64,000 nucleotides of DNA. Source: Botryllus schlosseri. Lineage: Eukaryota. This document shows positions 23,487-33,659 of the stretch, piece after piece. Position numbers and translations under genes: made by a program. Within the stretch, counting starts at the first letter, position 1. Each line of letters opens with the position of its first letter. The notes below the pieces were generated by a model. The model was not told the DNA's origin, ran no database searches, and saw nothing but the letters and a program-made list of their open reading frames with translations. The DNA lies in assembly GCA_051294905.1 (NCBI GenBank), contig CM119378.1:4280001-4344000 (forward strand), given 5' to 3'.

Positions 23487-25556
23487 ATGCCGTTCTTCAT
23501 ACGTGCAAGACAGCTTGACATACCAACTCCTACCATCAGCACAGTAGCTTCGGATGACGAGGATAACTTCATAACAGATCCCGAGAAATTCTTCGACGAA
23601 TTGCCTCAGCCATACCGTTTTATTGACAAAGTTCTAAATGGATTGATAGAAACAGCCTGGGAAAGAATCTCAGAGAGGGAAAAGCTTCGCGAAATTGAAG
23701 CTAAACGTATCAAACCACCAACTTATTCCGCAAGTGGTAGATTGGAGCAGTATGATAACATATCATGCTTATGCCCGGCTCAAGAAAACATCATGTTTTT
23801 GAGCTTAGAGAATTTGATAGTGTCAGTGAAGAATGATTCATACGAAGAAATTGCGTCATGGCGGCCTGAACAAGAAGTATGTTTTGAAAAAATATCAAAC
23901 GCCTTCGTAAAATCCCTTGACATGTACCTGCTAACTGTTATTGACGACATGGGATTTTGCCATTTGTTGGTTTATGAGAATGATAAATTCCATTTTGTGT
24001 GTATCCTGAATGAACTTGTGGATGGAGCACCAAAATCAAATGTGGTGCACGCCGAGTTTTCAAAAGACGGACAATATTGTGGCGTATCTCTCGAAACAAA
24101 CAATCTCTCAACAATAGACTTTTACCGAATCCCACTGGAAAATTGGACAAAAGAGATTGACTCTGCACATAAAGAATATCAAAAGAAGGCAGAGTCAATG
24201 GGTGCTGCTACAGCTAATGATGATGAAAGTAATAACTCATCTCACCCTTCGCAAGCTGATGTTGAATTCCCCCCTATTAAATTCTCAAATGTCGTTCCCA
24301 TTCTTAAAGTAAATGAACCTTCTAAGATCGATGGTATATCTGGAAAAACACCTCAGCAACTTATAGACTCTGTAAGCTCTGATGTTATCGGCGATGGAAC
24401 TTGTCATTTATATTCAGATTCAGCGTTGAACGTGCAGAGCAAGCTATTTCACATTTTAAATGAACGTGACTTGGTGTATGCAGAAGATGAAGAATGTGTG
24501 GTGACATATCGACCACAGTTTCACTTTCTCCAAAAAAGCTTGATGGAACCTCCCATTCAGACTAAGGGCGACTCAAGCTATATTTACGTGGGAGTCTGGT
24601 GGACACATCATCACAATTTCTATGTATATCAACTTAACAAGGCAGGAAAAAACATTGAATTCAAACCGGATGGAGTGTGGCCCCAATGCGCCGACATCAC
24701 AAGCTGTACTGTGGCCTGCAACACGACCCTGTTAGCAATTGGATTAAGTAACGGCACACTGACATTATGGGATAGAAGCTTAAGTCTTGTTAAAAATGTG
24801 ATGATGATATCTCCATCGGTTCCAGTTACGTCAATCCAGTTTTTGATTGCAGAAAACCCTACACAGACGCAGTATTCTTTTCGGGGAAAAGATGTTGCAT
24901 TACTTGTCGGATCAGAGAATGGACAAATTTGTCATGTGATTTCAGGCCAAACGCCGTCTTCTCGTGTAGTAGTGTCTGAAAGCAGTCAATGTTTTGAAGT
25001 TATGAAACCTGTCGTGAATCTGCCAAAAGTGTTTTTGATGATTCTCAAGGATGGAAGCTTAGCGCTTCACACCACGACGGAAAGCGATTCATTGTTATGC
25101 TATCTGTCTTTACCTGAAGATTTTCGCTTTGAAGGTCCGTACCAAAGCGGCTGTGTTTTGGATGCAAATGGAGAAATACTGTATGTAAAAAGCAGCTCGA
25201 TATCTACGAGCGGAAATAGCATATTTTTATTCCATCTACGAAATTTCCCGACGCTTGACAAATTCAGAGATTCGTGCAAGGTTGTGGAAAGCTTCCAAAA
25301 TGTATCTTTTGATGATACTGTACACAATATTCTCACAGAAAGAATGAGACAGCAGGCGTGTCGCACTGAGAAATTGTCAGCGAGATGGCATCATCTCGAT
25401 AAGCAGTTACAAGTCATCGGCAGTTTGAAGGAATCGGTGTCGATTATGAAAAGGGAAGAAAAATTTTCAAGAAAGTCCACATCGGCTGCAAGATGGGGCA
25501 GGACCACCTCGCGGATTATCTCGCATAATAACGAGTTGAAAAGGATTCAAACTTGA
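23487..25556 (+). CDS. WDR93: WD repeat-containing protein 93-like (cilia-associated), uninterrupted ORF of about 689 aa
   Basis: The track ORF starts at a TTG (23460); the first ATG is at 23487. The N-terminal DPEKFFDELPQPYRFIDKVLNGLIETAWERI resembles the WDR93 LPQPYR motif as I recall it. WD-like repeat ITSCTVACNTTLLAIGLSNGTLTLWD. Length fits. Confidence 0.85.
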   Translation: MPFFIRARQLDIPTPTISTVASDDEDNFITDPEKFFDELPQPYRFIDKVLNGLIETAWERISEREKLREIEAKRIKPPTYSASGRLEQYDNISCLCPAQENIMFLSLENLIVSVKNDSYEEIASWRPEQEVCFEKISNAFVKSLDMYLLTVIDDMGFCHLLVYENDKFHFVCILNELVDGAPKSNVVHAEFSKDGQYCGVSLETNNLSTIDFYRIPLENWTKEIDSAHKEYQKKAESMGAATANDDESNNSSHPSQADVEFPPIKFSNVVPILKVNEPSKIDGISGKTPQQLIDSVSSDVIGDGTCHLYSDSALNVQSKLFHILNERDLVYAEDEECVVTYRPQFHFLQKSLMEPPIQTKGDSSYIYVGVWWTHHHNFYVYQLNKAGKNIEFKPDGVWPQCADITSCTVACNTTLLAIGLSNGTLTLWDRSLSLVKNVMMISPSVPVTSIQFLIAENPTQTQYSFRGKDVALLVGSENGQICHVISGQTPSSRVVVSESSQCFEVMKPVVNLPKVFLMILKDGSLALHTTTESDSLLCYLSLPEDFRFEGPYQSGCVLDANGEILYVKSSSISTSGNSIFLFHLRNFPTLDKFRDSCKVVESFQNVSFDDTVHNILTERMRQQACRTEKLSARWHHLDKQLQVIGSLKESVSIMKREEKFSRKSTSAARWGRTTSRIISHNNELKRIQT

Positions 25557-26525
25557 TCTTTTTTATCGTTATAGTTATAGCAATTTCATTTCTGAAACAG
25601 TGGCCAAAAATTATTATATTGATAATTTGCAATGCTGTTGTGGATAAACGTTGTGCTGTGGCCTGTGGATATTGCTCACAGGGTACACTCCATGGCAGTA
25701 GGGTTACCATACGTCCTCCTTTAGGAGCATTTGTCCTCCTTTTTCAGGTTTTTGAAAATGTCCTCCGAGGACGCCCAAATGTACTCCTGTTTGAAAATTT
25801 TTAAAAAGTGTCCTCCTTTCCCGATACCAAAATATGGTACCCCTAATACAAAGGGAGTATAATTCAATGTAACTGAAATGCTCTGTGAAGGCTATAGGCA
25901 GGAGAACTGATGTTCGAGCATGTAAGAGAACAGGAGTTTATGGAAGACCACGGATTTACTATTGACGACTAGATCTATGACACTTAGACACGTTCAAAGC
26001 AATCAAATCATAATATTGGACAGTTGTTCTCGGCTCAGGTTCAACACAAATAAATATAAAATAAGTTTGGACAACACATTTGGTTTTATGGTATCCAATG
26101 TATTGTGAAATCGCATTCTGGTGCAGGCCAAGTCTGCGTGGAATCCAGAAAAAGTGCTGTGGGGTATCACCCAACTTCGAAAGTTATGGGATAAGATCCA
26201 CATCAGGGATAATCCATTGGCGGACCTTTGGAGTGTTGGATCCGGGCCTTACTCATCAGTTCTAGATATCCCTGGTATCCATAAGTAGTAGGCCTATTTC
26301 GATATGGCAGTCAGTAACGCGCGCGCCGCCCATTTAGATCGGTAGGACTTGGTATGTTGCGTGCGGTATCAAAATGGGTAGCCTATGCGCATTGCGCATG
26401 TTGTGATCTAGGACGGAATATGATGGCGCGAATGCTGATTTTTTCTGACATAGAGCACCGAATAAAGCAGGTGGATTCAGAAATCACAAGCGCCCAAGAC
26501 GGAATTTTTTCGTTCGATGTACCAC

Positions 26526-27189
26526 CATCATCATCATTGGTTTATTAGCAATTTTATCAGTTCAATACACCACAACAAATGCGATACAATGAAAAGAAAG
26601 GAAGATGTCGAAGCGACTAGGAGTTGTCTATGGAATCGGACACCCACCTTGGCCTAGGCGATGTAAAGAGGAGGCATGCACACTGAATGAAAGTAAAAAA
26701 GGTAGTATAGAAAGAAATAGGGCGACAAAAAATAGGGCGGCATGTCATGGGAAGCGAGATCGATAGGTCAGTCGTGGTCCGGTAATCTTGAGGATGGACT
26801 GTATTTATTTAGTAGTAATTGCTTGTATTTCGACTTGAATGTGGACATCTGGACATGCTCGTGGACTGCCGGATGGCCGGCGGGATACTGTTCCACACAT
26901 TAGGTCCGGCATATGTGATAGAGCGATGATCTTTTCGGTCGATCATATGATATTTGGACGACGTGGACGCGCGTGTGTTGTACTTGTGCACTTTTGATTC
27001 AGAGGTAAAGAAGTCATTGAAATATTCGGGGCAACGACCGCAGTGAAACTGATACATAAACTTGGCGATTTCTAATTTCCGCATATCTTCTATGTTTAGG
27101 ACGCCGAATCTCTTCAGCAGCGACTTATTGGATGGGCAGCCAGGCCCCTTTGGGGCCCTAGCTATGATTCGGAGTACTTTATGCTGTAA
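26526..27189 (-). mobile_element. 5'-truncated LINE copy, same family
   Basis: LQHKVLRII...KFMYQF...HKYNTR...YAGPNVWNSIP; AATAAA followed by an (ATG)n tail on the minus strand. Confidence 0.88.
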
Positions 27190-28611
27190 CAATACGAACC
27201 CACCGTGCATTGATCTGTAAGGTGAGATGAATTCTTCTCGGCCTACTGAAGATACTTGTCATAATTGCGGAACACTAATGCGCAGCGGTATTCATGGAAT
27301 GTTGTTCACTATTGGATCGTCAATCGTGATATCTTTGCATTTGGCAGAGTCCAAGTAACGGTTACGCTGCAGTAAACTACTAATTCAATTCAATTTTTCA
27401 TTCACAATTTCAATACTGCAGCAGATTTACGGATTTGCTATGTCTGAAGTACAATGGTAGCTAACTAAATATTAGGGGTTGCGCTGCACCAGTAACTTGA
27501 CCTGTGTCCGTTGCTGACCTGGTTGTGAATTCTCAGTCCCGCAGGCACACTCAATACAGTTTATTCATCATATACCTCGTTGTCGTAGGAAGCGTAAAAG
27601 AGTCGCATCTCTTAAAACCCTGGAAACCAGTTTTTATATACGCAGCGTGCATCATTGGGATCGGTGACCTGTCCTCACACTATGTTTTTTTTCTTTTCAA
27701 TTACTTTACCTTGTAGAATCATCACTGCTCGTGCTCAGTGCTCACCTGTTATATTAGGCAAAACGTACCGAGATCCCAGTAGGGGGCCATCATGTAATAA
27801 TGAGAGAATATCGAAGTATGAAGTAAGTTACTGTGATATGGTGAGTAGTAAGCCGATCACCTGGTAAATTATTACTAAGAAAATGTTATATTTCCTTCGT
27901 ATCAGATACATTGCGTTAAGGGAACCAGGGTCCGCCACATCACAATACACCACAAGCCTGCCATATAATGAAAAGATAGGAAGGTGTCGAAAATACTTGG
28001 AGTAGTCTTTGAAATCAGACACCCACCTGGCCTAAGCGATGTAAAAAGGAGGCAGTTTTCGACTCGATACAGCAGGGACTGTGTTTATATAGCAAAGTAC
28101 AACATAGCTAAGCTGTAAATTTTATTTATAGCTGTCAATCTTTGATGCTCTCTTTTTTCGATGGATACTTACATTCGCTGATGGTGCTTTTGCTCTGCTG
28201 TATGAAGACAGAGCTAGACCTATACCTATATATAATATCTATAATGGTGGCTACAAGCCAATATCTTCTCTGGTGCATGCCTTCTTCCGTATCTTATTAT
28301 CGTCCTTATGCTTTCGACGCCACCACAAGAGGTCAGTGGCGAAACGTTGCTATTTAGTCAGTACTGAAGTTCTCTCCGGTTGCAACTTGTAATCACTGAG
28401 CAATATGCAATATGCTTTCGAAGTTGCCTTCCAAGTTATAATCCAAGCGGTGTTCCGAGGAACGCGCCTGGGCCATCATTGGCTACAGGTGCGATCAGTG
28501 GTCGAATACCTATTATTGCTGTGGTTGCGGTTGGGGTTCCAAATCGAAACCGCGTCCTTCTGAAATGCCGATTCAATCTCCAATATTTATTGGCTCACAA
28601 TACATATTCAT

Positions 28612-29179
28612 GTCGTCATCATCATCATCATCATTGGTTTATTAGCAAATTTATCAGTTTAATACACCACAAAAAAGAGATACAATGAAAAGACAGGAAG
28701 ATGTCGAAGCGACTTGGAGTAGTCTTTGGAATCAGACACCCACCTTGGCCAAGGCGATGTAAAGAGGAGGCATGCACACTGCACAGTTGCACAGTGCACA
28801 CTGAATGAAAGTAAAGAAGATAGTAGGCTATAGGAAAAGAAAGCGACAAGAAATAGGGCGGCATGTCATGGGAAGCGAGATCGATAGGTCGGTCGTGGTC
28901 CGGTAATCTTGAGGATGGCCTGTCGGATGGCCGGCGGGATACTGTTCCACACATCAGGTCCGGCATATTTGATAGAGCGATGATCTTTTCGGTCGATCAT
29001 ATGATATTTGGACGGCGTGGACGCGCGTGTGTTGTACTTGTGCGCTTCTGATTCTGAGGTAAAGAAGTCATTGAAATGTTCGGGGCAACGACCGCAGTGG
29101 AACTGATACATAAACTTGGTGATTTCTAGTTTCCGGATACCTGCTATGTTTAGGACACCGAATCTCTTCAGCAGCGACC
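28612..29179 (-). mobile_element. 5'-truncated LINE copy, same family, with a small internal deletion
   Basis: Highly similar to the 26.5-27.2 kb copy; (CAT)n on the plus strand. Confidence 0.88.
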
Positions 29180-29390
29180 GTTTTACTGTATTGGCGTATT
29201 CGAAGAACGGCCAGAAATAGGTGGAATAAACCGAACCGATATCAATTACCTAAAACAAAATAAACAAAATTAAAATGACTTTATTTAGAACAGATGATAA
29301 TGAGCCGTAAGAAATACCCTAAAAAGTTCGAAACGGTGTGAATGCCATACAATTTTAAAAAAGCATGAGCGAAAATGTAGGGAAAAAAAG

Positions 29391-29463
29391 CGCCCGATAA
29401 GGGACTTGAACCCTTGACCGTTGGATTAAAAGTCCAACGCTCTACCGACTGAGCTAACCGGGC
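29391..29463 (-). tRNA. tRNA-Lys (anticodon TTT)
   Basis: GCCCGGTTAGCTCAGTCGGTAGAGCG TTGGA-CT-TTT-AA-TCCAA ...GGTTCAAGTCC...CGGGCG; 73 nt, followed directly by a T7 Pol III terminator. Confidence 0.97.
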
Positions 29464-29789
29464 TACGAGAGACTAACGTCATCCAATTCAAAATTTATTT
29501 GAATCGGCGCTTTGAATCGATCGTGCTCTCGTATCACTATAGATTAGAAGAGGTACAGAATTTCAATATACAACTGAATAGTATAAATATTCGGGTTTAT
29601 TTCAATATGAATATACTATTCAACACTATAGATTGCTAATCTACGGTAGGTTAGTAATCTATAGTATCACTGAGCTATATAAACTCGTATGGACTATCAG
29701 AAGCAGAATGGAATGAATTTACATCGCATTGTGTCTTATCGCATTGTACATTGTGTGTAACTTGTTCAGATGAAAATTATAACCCAATG

Positions 29790-29790
<1 letters not shown>

Positions 29791-29834
<44 letters not shown>

Positions 29835-29835
29835 G
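29791..29835. repeat. (TTG)15 microsatellite
   Basis: Perfect trinucleotide run. Confidence 0.95.
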
Positions 29836-30461
29836 GAATCGCATTAAACAATTACCGGTTACCGGACTATAACTGAAGAACGGAAACTCTTACCCTCGAA
29901 GTATACCGCGCATGATGTTGAAAGCAGTGGTCGGATAAAGTCGGTTCGCACCGGCTCTATATAGAATAGAAATGTCTCACTAAATTTTACTGGGATCAGA
30001 GAACCAGTTATTTAGTTGACATTACTGCTTACTGTCAGATAATTAATTATTTTCATCTCTTGTAATTTTAATATGTTGTCACTTGCATAACCTAAAATTT
30101 AAGTTTTGTGAATTGGCATTCAAAGGATGAAATTAAATCGAATTCTTATACTTCGTATTATATGCATAGTGCTAAATATTGATACAAAACACGGGAAAAG
30201 TGACTAATTTTTTTTTATTTTGAGCGTGGTTCCGGAGGATTGGAAACTTTCAAACGTCTTACGATTATCGCGTGCGGATTGCGGTATCACTAGAAATTCC
30301 AATCATTTTACGAAAATGCCACCATATTATAAATCTAGATTACGACGAAGTAGGCTAGTCATGCTCCAATCCAATGGAATCATTGCCTGCGTTACTGATG
30401 GTATTTACAATATCAGACCATGTTCGGATATAAAGTCCATTCATTTCGAGTCCATGACACT

Positions 30462-31489
30462 CAGGGGTCGGGAACCTTTCTCGATCCAAGAGCCATATTA
30501 ACCCAATATTTTCAAATGTAACTCCCAAAGAGCCATAAATGTCAATCAACTGTTACGTCACAATTGAAATTTGTGACGTATTTTTAGCACTAATACATGG
30601 AATTCGTAGTGTGCGTCATATTTTCTCTTCAATCTTCAATGATTTGGTATTTTCTATCAATGTTTATGAATGACTAGATTTTAAACATTCTTATAACCGA
30701 AATCAAGCAATTTTCAAATTTATTGTTCGCAAATAAAGTGTGCAAGGAGAGATAATGCACACTGTGCATTGCACAGGTGAGACACAGACGGGCCAAGCCT
30801 CACCTCTGATAGCGCAACTCATCGTAAATAGCTTGGAATTTATAATCACTGATATTAGTCGAATTTTATTGTCGCATTGATTCCGAATATCTAAATATTG
30901 ATCGACTTCTCCAGTATTCGGCTAACTAAGCGCTGCGACACACCTACATTTTAACGGAGATGCTGTAGAAAGCTACTTTCCAATCACAAACATGGATAGC
31001 TTTCGAGTTTTTTTTTATAATTTGAATTTCTAATTGTGAATGTCACTTCCAAGGCAGTTCATTTCTCGGCGTAGATCAGGAAGAAAATGTGTATTAGAAA
31101 ACGGCATTGTCATAGCCTACAAGCGTCGCCGTGTCTGCTAACCTCTTTGATCAATCAAGGTATCGTGCAATCAAAAATTACGAGGCGTGCGATGTCGGGT
31201 AGACCGAATTCGCGAGTGAAGCTAGTCGCCGGCGCGACAACAGCTTAAAAATTGGAGGATTTTGAAAAGGGGAATACGAGACGTTAATCCTGGAGACCCC
31301 ACTGTCTTGACCTCTCAAAGACATGTTTAGGCTGCCGCGAGAATAATTATCCTGGTCGTAATGAAAATTTACTAACAAGTTGCTGCAATATTGATAAATT
31401 TATTACAAAATTAAAATTTTTCTAAAGATCCACATCTTATACCCAAAATAGCCATATATGGCTCGCGAGCCATAGATTCCCGACCACCG
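30462..31489. mobile_element. Charlie-like non-autonomous element (partial copy at about 19390-19797)
   Basis: Ends CAGGGGTCGGGAACCT/AGATTCCCGACCACCG with GAGCCA repeats. About 400 bp is shared with 19.4-19.8 kb. Confidence 0.75.
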
Positions 31490-31565
31490 CATAGGAACAC
31501 TGACCTATAGCCTAATGCTAAATATTTCCAATATTCAATTGAATAGTATATTCATATTGAAATGA

Positions 31566-31599
31566 ACCCGAATATTTTCGGCTGACACTCGTCAGGGGT
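31566..31599 (-). ncRNA. Minimal type I hammerhead ribozyme motif (Penelope-like repeat), intact core
   Basis: Minus strand reads ACCC-CTGACGA-G TGTCAGC C-GAAA-ATAT-TC-GGGT: stem I ACCC/GGGT, CUGANGA and GAAA boxes, palindromic AAUAUU stem III, UUC cleavage triplet. Confidence 0.75.
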
Positions 31600-31631
31600 A
31601 ATCGTCAGCAACTAGTAGATCACTGATGATT

Positions 31632-31665
31632 ACCCCTGACGAGTGTCGGTCGAAAATATTCGGCT
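31632..31665 (+). ncRNA. Minimal hammerhead ribozyme motif, second copy in inverted orientation
   Basis: ACCC-CTGACGA-G TGTCGGT C-GAAA-ATAT-TC-GGCT; core intact, one stem I mismatch. Confidence 0.65.
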
Positions 31666-32264
31666 TCATTTCAATATGAATATACTATTCAATTGTATAT
31701 TGAAGTTCTGTACCTCCGAGAAGCTGTTCAAATATTTCCAATATTGTGATGATACACAATAGCGAAGTTGTCTGCTGCTTCTATATTGATCACATTGACG
31801 GAGACCTATATCCAAGAACGACGCTGGCAAGTTTTACTCAAACAGGATTGGATCCGGATTCACATTTTTGCCCGACTGCCGGATCTGGATCACGACAGGA
31901 TTTTAAATTTCTAGTGCATGGAAGTGACTTTTTGTTTATTTACCTTGATGTTTTGATGAACTTGGGCCCATCTGTTCTTGCAATGCACCGCAATTTCTTA
32001 ATAGCAAACTTCAACGCGTTGGCGAGTTATTACAAAAATATCGAGGACAGGAGCAATAAATGCTCAGCCTTGAACAGGATTTGTTTGGATGCGGATTTTA
32101 ACATTGAATGCGGAAACAGGATCCGGATTGGAACAGGATTCCATTTCATCGGACAGGATTGGATCCGGGCCCCAAAAAACATGATCCGCACATCTCCACT
32201 AGGATTCTAGGAACCCCGCAAATAATGATCATTTTATGGGTGTGACAGCACGATTACTCGTCAA

Positions 32265-32781
32265 TAGGGCTGGGCAAAATCGAGTACCTGAGTGATTCGA
32301 TTCTGAATCACGTAAAATGCTTCGAGTCGAGTCGAGTAATCAAGTATCACTCATTATGACGTCATAACAGAATGTAATATGTCAAAGTTCAAATACATAT
32401 CTTTTATGCGACCACAAAAAATATAATGCCTGTTATCCATTACATTAAACATATCTTGGTATTTTTTCGACGACAACGATTTCATTGCAATTGGTGACAA
32501 TGCTGTGGGAAGATCATGACTTCGGAAATGTGCTATTTCCAGTAGCGTTCGTAGCTTTGTACTATATGTTTCGTATGCTACGATGCTGCCAATCAAGGTT
32601 TCAAGGCATCAATAGCGAAAATTAGTATTGAAAATACAATTCTCTTAGACAAATTACCTTTCAGTGGCGTGGAGCGTATAATTTCAGTACTCGAAAAAAT
32701 CGTGTTTTAGTACTCGACTCGAATCAATAAAATTAATACTCGATTCAGATTCGAGTACTCGAATCACTGTGCCCAGCCCTA
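32265..32781. mobile_element. hAT-Ac-like MITE with ACTCG repeats
   Basis: TIR TAGGGCTGGGCA/TGCCCAGCCCTA, exact TSD CTCGTCAA. Decayed copies at about 7320-7560 and 10195-10660. Confidence 0.92.
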
Positions 32782-33469
32782 CTCGTCAATCAATGTCGAA
32801 GGCACCAAAAGTCAATCGTGTGCATCTTCTGGTAGAATTAGCTCTATGGTAGAATGGAGTGAGTGTGTGTAAGATTATATTTTGCGTTTTGAAATGCTTC
32901 CCGCCAAATAAACGAGTTAAACATTACCAATGCAAATGATACGAAATACCAAGGTGCGTTGGGCACAGGGGACTACTTATTGGGCACTCATTATGTGTTT
33001 ATCGAAAATGAGAGTGAACTAACAGCAAAATATAATGTGATGGTTGCGAATATTTTTTTTTTCTGCACAAGCCGATCTAGGCGGGGTTCAACTGAGTCGA
33101 ATGAAGCATAAAGTATTCAACTATGTATTCGATGAAGACATTTCTTTACTGATACAATCTCGTTTTGCCTATACGCTGGTATGGCGGGCCAGGTCATCAG
33201 TCAGTTTCGACCCGGCTACAGCTATATTGGAACACATATCTCGTCTCGAACCGGCCTTTGACGTGCGAGGATCATCATACCGGGGATCGAACTACCGGGA
33301 TCGAACGCAATGAAGGAGGTCAACCGAAGACTCGTCACTTTCGAGATAGAAGATCAGATCACCGGCTTCCTATATTTTTCTCTCCTATCAATTGTATGCG
33401 ATTCCATATGCGTATGCGTCTTCGATTCTAGCCATCTGACAATGAGTTTGCATGCGATGTGTTTCGTGA

Positions 33470-33551
33470 GACGAGGTGGCCGAGTGGTTAAGGCGATGGA
33501 CTGCTAATCCATTGCGCTCAGCACGCGTGGGTTCGAACCCCATCTTCGTCG
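33470..33551 (+). tRNA. tRNA-Ser (anticodon GCT)
   Basis: GACGAGGTGGCCGAGTGGTTAAGGCG ATGGA-CT-GCT-AA-TCCAT, long variable arm, GGTTCGAACCC; 82 nt. Confidence 0.97.
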
Positions 33552-33553
33552 CT

Positions 33554-33625
33554 GGGGATGTTGCTCAGTGGTAGAGCGCACGCTTCGCATGTGTGAGGTC
33601 CCGGGTTCAATCCCCGGCGTCTCCA
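33554..33625 (+). tRNA. tRNA-Ala (anticodon CGC)
   Basis: GGGGATG/CGTCTCC acceptor stem with the G3:U70 Ala identity pair; CACGC-TT-CGC-AT-GTGTG; GGTTCAATCCC; 72 nt. Confidence 0.95.
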
Positions 33626-33654
33626 TTACCGTTTGATACAAAGAAGAAACGAAA

Positions 33655-33659
33655 TTTTT
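33655..33659 (+). terminator. First oligo-T Pol III terminator downstream of the Ser-Ala tRNA pair
   Basis: TTTTT 30 nt after tRNA-Ala. No run of four or more T occurs between 33470 and this site. Confidence 0.6.

Larger units (their letters stand above)
31536..31729. mobile_element. Penelope-like pLTR remnant with inverted 5' segment
   Basis: Inverted arms of about 75 bp around 31610-31622, flanked by the direct repeat AAATATTTCCAATATT (31520-31535 and 31730-31745). Confidence 0.65.

Noticed and set aside
29546..29623. Targeting of the hammerhead repeat to tRNA upstream regions
   Set aside because: Only one of six or more copies is near a tRNA, which is consistent with chance.
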